Assembly (NCBI GenBank): GCA_965284535.1
Contig: OZ260090.1
Location: 1,577,916 to 1,641,915 of the forward strand
DNA length: 64,000 bases
Reading direction: 5' to 3'
From: Caulobacteraceae bacterium
Lineage (GTDB): Bacteria > Pseudomonadota > Alphaproteobacteria > Caulobacterales > Caulobacteraceae
Shown here in pieces: positions 27,283-35,676 of this stretch (position 1 is its first letter; each line of letters begins with the position of its first letter). A program made the position numbers and the translations under genes. The notes beneath the pieces are model-generated. The model ran no database searches. It saw nothing but the letters and a program-made list of their open reading frames with translations, and had not been told where the DNA came from.

Positions 27283-27802
27283 CAGCTTTGAGCCGACCGG
27301 CCTGGACGGCGTGCCGCGCAAGGCGGCGGAGGCGGCGGCGGCGCTGGAAGCGCTGCGGGAGCCGGCGGAGCGGGCGGCGGCCTCGATCGAGGATGCATTC
27401 GGCAAGGCGGGCGAAGGGCTGGTCCGGTCGCTGGCGCGGGCGGCGGCGGACGGAGAAATCAGCCTGGCCGAGCTGGCGCGGGCGGTGCTGGCGGCGGTGA
27501 ACGCGGCGTCAGGATCGGGCGGCGGCGGGCTGGGGAATGCGATCGCCCAGGCGGTGCAGACCGCCTTTTCAGGCTCGCGCGCGGACGGCGGGACGGTGCT
27601 GGGCGGTGGAACCTATCTGGTCGGGGAGCGAGGGCCGGAGGTGTTCCGGCCCGCCGGCGCGGGCGCGATCGAACCGGCAGGGGGTGGCGGCGTCACCGTC
27701 AATGTGCGGGTGGACGGCGGGGCGCAGGGACTGCTGCGCTCGGAAGCCCAGATCGCCCAGATGCTGGCGCGCGCCGTATCGCTGGGCGCGCGCCGGCTCT
27801 GA
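27275..27802 (+). CDS. GTA tape measure protein (short)
   Basis: Ala-rich helix, FSGSRADGGTVLGG, YLVGERGPEVFRP, RSEAQIAQML. Confidence 0.88.
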   Translation: MTDSFEPTGLDGVPRKAAEAAAALEALREPAERAAASIEDAFGKAGEGLVRSLARAAADGEISLAELARAVLAAVNAASGSGGGGLGNAIAQAVQTAFSGSRADGGTVLGGGTYLVGERGPEVFRPAGAGAIEPAGGGGVTVNVRVDGGAQGLLRSEAQIAQMLARAVSLGARRL

Positions 27803-27808
27803 GCCGTG

Positions 27809-28471
27809 TCAGCTGAAGATTTCGGCGGTCGTTCGGCCGGATGAGCCGGGAACGGGGCCGTGGGTGTTGGGCCGCTCCTGGGACGGCAGGACACTGATGA
27901 CCAGGGTGATCAGGGGGCCGAGGTATGGAATGGCGTTCAACAGAACCAGCCAGCCGGAGAGACCGACGTCGTGGAAGCGGCGGATCATGGCGCACAGGGC
28001 GGGCAGAATGGTGCCGAGATAGGCCAGGCCGCCGAGGATCATGAAGCCGAGGCCGACCGGAGAGGCATCGTCACCCGGCTCGGTCCAGACTCCGGAAATG
28101 ACACCGCCGATCAGGATCGGGACGGCGACGATCAGGGCGCGGAACAGGACGAAGTACCAGTATTCGCGACGGCGCGCGCGACCATAGCCGTCGACGTATT
28201 TGCTCATGCAACGCCGGAAATATCCCCAGGGAGAGGTCTCGCCGGCGTCCGGGCGCGCCGAATCGCCGAGCGCATGGCCCGACGACGTGGTGCCGGACGA
28301 GAGAAGGACGATCTGGGTCGCGACGCCTTCGACCGGCTCGAAGCCGATGCGATCGCCGCGGTGCACGATGAAACCCCGAACGTCTCGGGTAGAAAAGGCG
28401 TAGCGGATGCCGTCGTCGCCGCTGACCAGGGCATCGCCGTCCCCGCTGACCTCAAGCACCTCACCCCGCAT
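27809..28471 (-). CDS. DUF805 membrane protein with N-terminal OB/cold-shock-like domain (cargo)
   Basis: KYVDGYGRARRREYWYF, IRRFHDVGLSGW, PSQERPNTHGP; N-terminal MRGEVL...LVSGDDGIRYAF. Confidence 0.85.
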   Translation of the reverse strand: MRGEVLEVSGDGDALVSGDDGIRYAFSTRDVRGFIVHRGDRIGFEPVEGVATQIVLLSSGTTSSGHALGDSARPDAGETSPWGYFRRCMSKYVDGYGRARRREYWYFVLFRALIVAVPILIGGVISGVWTEPGDDASPVGLGFMILGGLAYLGTILPALCAMIRRFHDVGLSGWLVLLNAIPYLGPLITLVISVLPSQERPNTHGPVPGSSGRTTAEIFS

Positions 28472-28597
28472 ATCCCGCCCCTTCGTTGATCCCGACCCGA
28501 GCTGGCGGGTCGGCGGCGAAGCTTGGCCGAAGATGGGGAGCCGGACAACCGGAAGATGACGGACAGGGCCGGAACCGCCGTTCGCGGCCCTGTCGGA

Positions 28598-29104
28598 TCA
28601 GCTGAAGGTGCTCGCGGGCGTCGGGTCCTTTGGATTTGAACCGAAGCGATTGGATCCCGCCTGTCCTTCGGAAAGGCCGATCCACAGCAGGAAGCCGAGA
28701 TTGACCAGGGTCAACACGGCGAAGAGACCAATCGCAGGACCGATCAGGGCGAAGATGGCCGCCGGGTCTTCCTGCTCAAGGGCGGCAGCGTTTGCGAAGA
28801 CCGACAGGCCGATCATGCTGACCGCGACGATGCCGCCTACGATGCTGACAACCCACGGGATGAGGACAAGCCAGCCGCTCTTGCCCATGTCGTGTAGCCG
28901 CTTCACCGAGATGGCCAGGTTGGGCCAGATCAGGGCCAGCGAGATAAAGCCGCCGAGAATGGGAATCCATCCGGCGACAACCCCCACGCCCAGACAGATC
29001 AGCCAGCCAATCCAGAAATGCGAGCGGCGGGTGCGCCCCTCGAACGAAAACAACAGCTTCTGCCAGTCGAATCCTTGAATCTGGTTTGAGGTCTCAACGC
29101 TCAT
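28598..29104 (-). CDS. DUF805 membrane protein (cargo)
   Basis: LFSFEGRTRRSHFW, VKRLHDMGKSGW, EGQAGSNRFG; start MSVETS. Confidence 0.88.
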   Translation of the reverse strand: MSVETSNQIQGFDWQKLLFSFEGRTRRSHFWIGWLICLGVGVVAGWIPILGGFISLALIWPNLAISVKRLHDMGKSGWLVLIPWVVSIVGGIVAVSMIGLSVFANAAALEQEDPAAIFALIGPAIGLFAVLTLVNLGFLLWIGLSEGQAGSNRFGSNPKDPTPASTFS

Positions 29105-29214
29105 CGTGCCCTCCGGTTGGCTGCGGGCCTGACGCCCGATGCGCGAGAATGGCGTAACGGCGCTCGCTCGACAAGCGAAAGCGGGGCCGTGGATGTACCG
29201 AACAGGAGAGCAGG

Positions 29215-29847
29215 GTGATGTCCTTTCACGAGGTGAGGCTGCCCGCGCGGCTGGCGTTCGGATCGACCGGCGGGGTCGAGCGGCGGACGGAGATCGTGAC
29301 CTTGGGGTCGGGGTTCGAGCGGCGTTCGACGCCCTGGGCCGAGGGGCGACGGCGCTATCTGATCGGGGCCAATCTGCGGTCGCTGGACGATATGGCGGCG
29401 CTGACCGGATTCTTCGAGGCGCGTCGTGGGCGGTTGTACGGGTTCCGGTTCCGGGACTTCGCGGACTGGAAATCCTGTGCGCCCGGAGGGGCGGTCGGGC
29501 CGCTGGATCAGGGGTTGGGCGACGGTGACGGGGCACGGGCCGCCTTCCCGCTGTTGAAGCGATACGGCGAGGGCGAGGATGCGCTGGATCGCCGGATCAC
29601 CAAGCCGGTCGCGGGCACAGTGCGGGTCGCCGTCGACGGTGAGGAACTGTCCACGGAGGCGTTCGCGGTTGATGCGGCGACCGGGCTGGTGACGCTGGTG
29701 GACCCGCCGGACGAGGCCACGGCGGTGACGGCAGGGTTCGAGTTCGACACGCCGGTGCGGTTCGACGCCGACCGGATCGAGGTCACGCTCGAGAGTTTTG
29801 ACGCCGGACGGATGGCGGCCGTGCCGCTGATCGAGATCAGGGTCTGA
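29215..29847 (+). CDS. GTA distal tail protein (DUF2460, g12)
   Basis: FHEVRLPARLAFGSTGGVERRTEIVTLGSGFERR, FFEARRGRLYGFRFRDFADWKS, AGFEFDTPVRFD. Confidence 0.95.
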   Translation: MMSFHEVRLPARLAFGSTGGVERRTEIVTLGSGFERRSTPWAEGRRRYLIGANLRSLDDMAALTGFFEARRGRLYGFRFRDFADWKSCAPGGAVGPLDQGLGDGDGARAAFPLLKRYGEGEDALDRRITKPVAGTVRVAVDGEELSTEAFAVDAATGLVTLVDPPDEATAVTAGFEFDTPVRFDADRIEVTLESFDAGRMAAVPLIEIRV

Positions 29848-29850
29848 GCC

Positions 29851-30504
29851 ATGCGAGCGATACCGGAAGAAATGGTTGCCCGTATCGAGAGCGGGGCGGC
29901 GTCGCTGTGTCATGCCTGGGTGCTGCGGCGAGCGGACGGGGCCGAGTTGGGCTTTACGGACCATGACCGTGATCTGGTGGTCGAAGGCGTGATCTGCCGG
30001 GCGGCGAGCGGCTGGACCGCGGGGGCGACGGACGGCGCCGTGGGCCTGAGCGCCGGGTCGGCGGCGGTTGCGGGCGGGCTGGATGATGTCGCGATCACCG
30101 ACGCGGACATTGAGGCGGGGTTGTATGACGCGGCATCGGTCGCGCTGTGGAGGGTGGCCTGGAGTGAGCCAGATCTGAGGGCGCGACTCTGGACGGCGAC
30201 GCTGGCGCGTATCCGGCGTGAGGGCGCGGGCTTCGTCGCGGAGATGGAAGGGCCGCTGGCGAAGCTGGAGCGGGTGGTCGGGCGGACCTTTGGGCGGGAC
30301 TGCGATGCGGTGTTGGGTGACGGGCGCTGTGGTGTCGACCTTGAGACGTTTCCGGGGGCGGTCTGCGACAAGCGCTGGTCCACCTGTGTCGGGACGTTCG
30401 CGAACGGCGGCAATTTCCAGGGCTTTCCGGACATCCCGGGCGACGATTTCCTGACCGCGGTGCCGGTCGAAGGCGGGCGCAACGACGGCGGGAGCCGGCG
30501 ATGA
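29851..30504 (+). CDS. GTA baseplate hub (DUF2163, g13), compact form
   Basis: GFTDHDRDL, CDAVLGDGRCGVDL, CDKRWSTC...NFQGFPDIPGDDFL. Confidence 0.9.
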   Translation: MRAIPEEMVARIESGAASLCHAWVLRRADGAELGFTDHDRDLVVEGVICRAASGWTAGATDGAVGLSAGSAAVAGGLDDVAITDADIEAGLYDAASVALWRVAWSEPDLRARLWTATLARIRREGAGFVAEMEGPLAKLERVVGRTFGRDCDAVLGDGRCGVDLETFPGAVCDKRWSTCVGTFANGGNFQGFPDIPGDDFLTAVPVEGGRNDGGSRR

Positions 30505-30953
30505 GGGCCGCTGTGGTGGCGGCCGCGCGCGGCTGGCTTGGGACGCCCTATCGGCATCAGGCCAGTGTGAAGGGCGAGGGGGCGGATTGCCTGGGCCTGG
30601 TCAGGGGCGTGTGGCGTGAGCTGATCGGGGCCGAGCCGGAGCCGCCGCCGCCCTATCGGCCGGACTGGGCCGAGGCAGGGGGCGAGGAGACGCTGCTGGC
30701 GGCGGCGCGGCGCTGGCTGACGGAGGTACCGGTGACGGGTGCAACGGCCGGCGATGTGGTGCTGTTCCGCATGGCCCCGGGCTGTCCGGCCAAACACTGC
30801 GCCATCCTGAGCGACATGACCGGCACGGAGCCGAGAATGATCCACGCCTATTGGGGCCGGTCGGTCGTGGAGAGCTGGATGGGGTCGTGGTGGCGAACCC
30901 GGCTGGTGGCGGCGTTCCGCTGGCCCGGCAGTGAACAGGTCAGAGGAGGCTGA
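30501..30953 (+). CDS. GTA NlpC/P60 peptidoglycan peptidase (g14)
   Basis: ARGWLGTPYRHQASVKGEGADCLGLVRGVW, AKHCAIL, MIHAY. Confidence 0.95.
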   Translation: MRAAVVAAARGWLGTPYRHQASVKGEGADCLGLVRGVWRELIGAEPEPPPPYRPDWAEAGGEETLLAAARRWLTEVPVTGATAGDVVLFRMAPGCPAKHCAILSDMTGTEPRMIHAYWGRSVVESWMGSWWRTRLVAAFRWPGSEQVRGG

Positions 30954-30955
30954 AC

Positions 30956-33900
30956 ATGGCGCAGATGATCCTGAGCAGCGTCGGCCAGGCGGTTGGCGGC
31001 CCGATCGGATCGGTGATCGGGGCGACGATCGGGCGGGCGATCGACCAGCGGGTAGTCTCCGGCCTGGAGCCGGCGCGGCAGAAGGGGCCGCGACTGGAAA
31101 TGCTGAAGGTACAGGGGACGGCGGAGGGCGCGCCCATGGCCTGTGTGTTCGGGCGCGCCCGGGTGACGGGGCAGGTGATCTGGGCCGCGCGATTCCTCGA
31201 GGGGCGACACACATCGTCTGGCGGCAAGGGCGGGCCGAGGACGGTGGAATATGACTATTCGCTGAGCTTCGCCGTGGCCCTGTGCGAGGGCGAAATCGAC
31301 GGTATCGGGCGGGTCTGGGCCGACGGGGGGTTGATGGACCTGTCCGGTGTGACGATGCGGGTGCATCGGGGCGGCGTCGAACAGATGCCCGATCCGCTGA
31401 TCGAGGCGGTGGAGGGGTTGGCTCCGGCGTATCGGGGCACCGCCTATGTGGTGTTCGAGGACCTGCCGTTGGGGCCGTACGGCAACCGGCCGCCGCAACT
31501 GGGGTTCGAGGTCTTTCGACGGGCGCGCGGCGACGCGCCGCGACTGGAGGACCGGCTGGAGGGCGTCTGCCTGATCCCCGGTGCCGGGGAGTTCGTTCTG
31601 GCGACTGATGGCGTGATGCGGCGCGAGGGACTGACCCGGACGACGTCAGAGAATTTGCATGCGGCCGGCGGGCTCGCGGATCTGGTTGTGTCGCTGGACC
31701 AGCTGCAGGCGCAGTGTCCGAACCTGAAGCGGGTCAGTCTGGTGCTCGGCTGGTTCGGCGACGACCTGAGGGCGGGACATTGCACGATCCGGCCGGGCGT
31801 GGAGGCGGTGGACAAGGCGACGGAGCCATTGACCTGGTCGGTGGCCGGTCTGGAGCGGGGCGGGGCCCATCAGATCTCGCAGGTCCCCTCCGGTGGCCCC
31901 GCCTACGGCGGGACGCCGTCGGACGAGAGCGTGCGGCAGGCGGTGGCGGCCCTGAAGGCGCGGGGCCTGGAGGTGACGCTATATCCGTTCGTGCTGATGG
32001 ATGTGCCGGCGGGGAACGCGTTGCCGGACCCCTATGGCGGCACAGAACAGGCCGCCTATCCCTGGCGTGGGCGGGTGAAGGGCGAGGACGGCGCGGGCGT
32101 GGCTGCGGAGGTCGCAGCGATGTTCGGGACGGCGGAGGGCTGGGGGCTGCGAAGGCTGGCGTTGCACTATGCAGCGTTGGCGGCGGAGACCGGGGCGGAC
32201 GGGCTGTTGATCGGCTCGGAGATGCGCGGGCTGACGACGACGCGGGATGTCGGCGGAGGGTTTCCGGCGGTCGATGAGCTCAGGGCGCTGGCGAACGAGT
32301 GTCGGGCGGTGGTCGGGCCGGGGGTGGCGATCAGCTATGCGGCGGACTGGTCGGAATATGCGGGGGTGCGGGATGGGGACGAGGTGGCGTTTCACCTTGA
32401 TCCGCTGTGGGCCGATGCGGCCATCGATTACGTCGGGATCGACTGGTATCCGCCGCTGGGTGACTGGCGGGCGGGCGACGGCGGCATGGACAGCGCGGAG
32501 TTTGCCGGGCCCGAGGATGCCGCCTATCTGGCGGCCCAGGTCGCGGGCGGGGAGGGGTTCGACTGGTTCTATGCCTCGGACGCCGACCGGGCAACGCAGG
32601 CGCGGACGCCGATCTCTGACACCGCCCACGGCGAGGACTGGGTGTTCCGGGTCAAGGACCTGATGGGGTGGTGGTCGAACGCACACCATGACCGGCCCGC
32701 CGGGGTGCGCAGCGCGACACCGACGGCCTGGGGCGCCAGGATGAAGCCGATCCGGCTGACGGAGTTCGGCTGCGCGGCGGTGGACCGGGGCGGCAATGCG
32801 CCGAACCTGTTTCAGGATCCAAAGAGTGCCGAGAGCGCACTGCCGCCGTTCTCGACCGGCGCGCGGGACGACCGTATCCAGCGGCGGGCGCTTGAGGCGG
32901 TACTGGAGCACTTCGCGACAGCGGAGAACAATGCGGTCTCGTCGGCATACGGCGGGCCGATGGTGGAGGGGGCCGACGTCTGGTGCTGGGACGCGCGGCC
33001 GTATCCGGCGTTTCCAGCGCGGGGCGATGTCTGGACGGATGCGGGTGGCTGGCGGACCGGACACTGGTTGAACGGACGGCTGGCCGGCGAGACGCGTGAT
33101 CTGATCGCGGCGGTGCTGCGACGCGGCGGACTGGCGGAGGACGAGTTCGAAATCGGCAGCTTTGCGGGCGAGGTGCGGGGCTATGTGATCGATCGGCCCA
33201 TGCGGACCCGGGATGCGCTGGAGCCCTTGCTGGCGGGTCCTGGTCTGATTGCGGCCGAGCGGAATGGCCGGGTGGCGGTGATCGGGGATGAAGCCGCGAC
33301 GGCGACGCTGACGCATGAGTCGATGGCGCTGCCGGACGAGGGCGCGAGCCTTAAGGCGGAGCGGGTGCTGGAGCTGAGGCCCGGTACGGCGCGGGTCCGC
33401 TATATCGACGGGGAGGCCGGGTATCAGACCGGATCGGCGGTTGTCAGGTCGGCGGGCCTGGGCGGCGGGGTCGATCTGGACCTCCCGGCGGTCTGCTCCG
33501 GTGCCCTGGCGCGGGCGGCGGCCGAGCGGGTACTTGAGGCCGGCGGGGCCGATCGGCTGACGGTGATGCTGGGGCCGGTCGAGGCCCTGGCGCTGGAACC
33601 CGGAGACACGGTGACGATCGAGGGCCGGAACGGCGGCTGGCGGGTGATGCGGGTCGACATGGACGAGACGCCGTCGGCGGTGGTGGAGCCGGTCTCGATG
33701 GTCGTTATCGGCGAGGATGACGGTCGGCCCATGCCGGGTGAGCCATCGGACGTCTCCGGTGCCCCCTTCTTTCGCATGATGGAACTGCCACCGCTGATCG
33801 GCAGCGAGGACGACGCGCGACCGATCGCGATCGTGGCGACCGAGCCCTGGCGGCCCATGCGGGTGTTCGCCGGAGCCGACGTGGCGTCGTTGATGGCGCG

Positions 33901-34678
33901 GGGCGATGTAGCGCAGCCGGCGACGGTCGGGGTGCTGGTTGAGGCCCTGGAGCCGGGCGCGCGACATCGCTGGGACGAAGTGAACGCCATGCTGGTCCGG
34001 ATCGAGGGACGGGCGCCGGAAAGCCGGTCCGGGGCAGCTGTGTTCGCAGGCGGCAACGCGGTGGCCGTCGACACCGGACAAGGCTGGGAGTTGGTGCAGT
34101 TCCGGTCGGCGACGCTGGTCGGCGACGGCGTGTGGCGGCTGACGGGTCTGTTGCGGGGGCAGCAAGGGACAGAGGCTGTCGGAGCGACAGGCGGGGCGGT
34201 GGTCGTGTTTCTGGATCAGGCCCCGGTTCGGGCGGAGTCGCCGCGCGCCGAGCGGGGGCTGCCGCTGATATGGCGGGCCGGGCCGGCGGGTGGACCGGCT
34301 GGGGGCGCGGGGGTGAGCGAGGTGGGCTTCACAACACATGGCGTCCACGAGCGCCCCTGGTCGCCGGCACATTTGAAGGCTGCCGCGCGGGCGGACGGCG
34401 GGTTCGACCTGTCCTGGATTCCGCGGCTGAGTATCGATGGCGACCGATGGGACAGGGAGGCGGCCGTCTCCGACGCATCGCGCTTCCGCGTGCGGTTGCT
34501 GGACGGCGCGGAAGAGGTGCGGGTGTTCGAGGTCGAGGTGGAGACGTCAATCTATGCAGCGGCGGATCTGGCGGATGATTTTCCCGTCGAGCTGGATGCG
34601 GACTCGCGCGTCGCCGTGGCGCAGTGGGGCGACGGATACGGCTGGGGCGTGGAGGCCGTGGCGGGACTGATCGGGTGA
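30956..34678 (+). CDS. GTA baseplate/host-specificity protein (g15, TIM-barrel plus phage tail domains)
   Basis: GRARVTGQVIWA, AYRGTAYVVFEDLPL...NRPPQL, IPGAGEFVLA, SYAADWSEY, WCWDARPYP, LLRGQQGTE. Confidence 0.95.
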   Translation: MAQMILSSVGQAVGGPIGSVIGATIGRAIDQRVVSGLEPARQKGPRLEMLKVQGTAEGAPMACVFGRARVTGQVIWAARFLEGRHTSSGGKGGPRTVEYDYSLSFAVALCEGEIDGIGRVWADGGLMDLSGVTMRVHRGGVEQMPDPLIEAVEGLAPAYRGTAYVVFEDLPLGPYGNRPPQLGFEVFRRARGDAPRLEDRLEGVCLIPGAGEFVLATDGVMRREGLTRTTSENLHAAGGLADLVVSLDQLQAQCPNLKRVSLVLGWFGDDLRAGHCTIRPGVEAVDKATEPLTWSVAGLERGGAHQISQVPSGGPAYGGTPSDESVRQAVAALKARGLEVTLYPFVLMDVPAGNALPDPYGGTEQAAYPWRGRVKGEDGAGVAAEVAAMFGTAEGWGLRRLALHYAALAAETGADGLLIGSEMRGLTTTRDVGGGFPAVDELRALANECRAVVGPGVAISYAADWSEYAGVRDGDEVAFHLDPLWADAAIDYVGIDWYPPLGDWRAGDGGMDSAEFAGPEDAAYLAAQVAGGEGFDWFYASDADRATQARTPISDTAHGEDWVFRVKDLMGWWSNAHHDRPAGVRSATPTAWGARMKPIRLTEFGCAAVDRGGNAPNLFQDPKSAESALPPFSTGARDDRIQRRALEAVLEHFATAENNAVSSAYGGPMVEGADVWCWDARPYPAFPARGDVWTDAGGWRTGHWLNGRLAGETRDLIAAVLRRGGLAEDEFEIGSFAGEVRGYVIDRPMRTRDALEPLLAGPGLIAAERNGRVAVIGDEAATATLTHESMALPDEGASLKAERVLELRPGTARVRYIDGEAGYQTGSAVVRSAGLGGGVDLDLPAVCSGALARAAAERVLEAGGADRLTVMLGPVEALALEPGDTVTIEGRNGGWRVMRVDMDETPSAVVEPVSMVVIGEDDGRPMPGEPSDVSGAPFFRMMELPPLIGSEDDARPIAIVATEPWRPMRVFAGADVASLMARGDVAQPATVGVLVEALEPGARHRWDEVNAMLVRIEGRAPESRSGAAVFAGGNAVAVDTGQGWELVQFRSATLVGDGVWRLTGLLRGQQGTEAVGATGGAVVVFLDQAPVRAESPRAERGLPLIWRAGPAGGPAGGAGVSEVGFTTHGVHERPWSPAHLKAAARADGGFDLSWIPRLSIDGDRWDREAAVSDASRFRVRLLDGAEEVRVFEVEVETSIYAAADLADDFPVELDADSRVAVAQWGDGYGWGVEAVAGLIG

Positions 34679-34755
34679 TTTGTCACGCGTCCCTTTGCGC
34701 GGCGCGCGCGATGCCCTAACTGACGCTTTCGGCATTTGATGGAGCGGCATTCGAC

Positions 34756-35676
34756 GTGGCGGGCGATCCCTACAAGGAACTGGGCGTTTCGAGGGGCGCG
34801 AGCGCGGACGAAATCAAGAAGGCGTTCCGCAAGCTCGCCAAGGAACTGCATCCCGACAAGAACCCCGGCAACACTGTCGCCGACGAGCGGTTCAAGCGGA
34901 TCACCGCCGCCTTCGATCTGCTGGGTGACAAGGACAAGCGGGCCAGGTTCGACCGGGGCGAGATTGATGCCGATGGACGCGAACAGTTTCGCGGCTTCGG
35001 CGGAGGCGGTGGCGCGCGAGGCGGTCCGGGCGGGAATCCGTTCGGTCAGGGCGGAGCCCGCCAGCAAGGCTTCGAGAACATCGATCTGGACGAACTGTTC
35101 GGAGGGATGTTCGGCGGTGGCGCGCGACCGGGCGGTGCAAGGGCCGGCGGCTTCGCGGCCAAGGGACAGGACGTCAAGGCGACGCTGGAAATCACGCTCG
35201 AGGATTCGATTTCCGGGGCGACGCGACGCATCCAGTTTTCGGACGGGCGGATGCTGGACGTGGCCATCCCCAAGGGTGCCAGCGACGGCCAGACGATCCG
35301 GCTGAAGGGTCAGGGCGCGCCGGGGCGTGGCGGACCCGCAGGCGATGCCCTGATCGAGCTGAAGGTGGCGAAGCATCCGGTCTTCACCCGCGACGGGGCG
35401 GATTTGATGATGGATCAGCCGGTGGCGCTGTACGATGCGGTACTGGGCGGCAAGATTCCCGTGCGGACGCCTGAAGGCACCGTCAGCATGACCATTCCGG
35501 CCGGCTCCGGCTCGGGCAAGGTGCTGAGGCTCAAGGGCCGGGGGGCGTTCGCCGACGGCAGGCGCGGCGATCTGCTGGCCAAGCTGATGATCACCCTGCC
35601 CGACGACAGCGCCGAGCTGACGAAGCTGGCGCAAGCGGTGCGTGACAAGGGGCCGATGCGGCCGTTTCGCGATTGA
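34756..35676 (+). CDS. DnaJ-class chaperone (CbpA-like, no zinc finger)
   Basis: J domain with HPD (LHPDKNPG), G/F-rich linker, DnaJ C-terminal domain. Confidence 0.92.
   Translation: MAGDPYKELGVSRGASADEIKKAFRKLAKELHPDKNPGNTVADERFKRITAAFDLLGDKDKRARFDRGEIDADGREQFRGFGGGGGARGGPGGNPFGQGGARQQGFENIDLDELFGGMFGGGARPGGARAGGFAAKGQDVKATLEITLEDSISGATRRIQFSDGRMLDVAIPKGASDGQTIRLKGQGAPGRGGPAGDALIELKVAKHPVFTRDGADLMMDQPVALYDAVLGGKIPVRTPEGTVSMTIPAGSGSGKVLRLKGRGAFADGRRGDLLAKLMITLPDDSAELTKLAQAVRDKGPMRPFRD

Larger units (their letters stand above)
17113..34678 (+). other. Gene transfer agent (RcGTA/CcGTA-like) head-tail gene cluster
   Basis: Conserved g1-g15 order; no integrase, replication or repressor genes; flanked by host genes. 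Confidence 0.93.

Noticed and set aside
31979-34372. 797-aa minus-strand ORF and similar long Arg/Pro-rich ORFs (18456-19709, 25515-27398, 58399-60642)
   Set aside because: Antisense or alternate-frame shadows of well-supported genes
17113-34678. Prophage or prophage remnant
   Set aside because: No integrase, att-like ends, replication, repressor or lysis genes; gene set and order match RcGTA g1-g15
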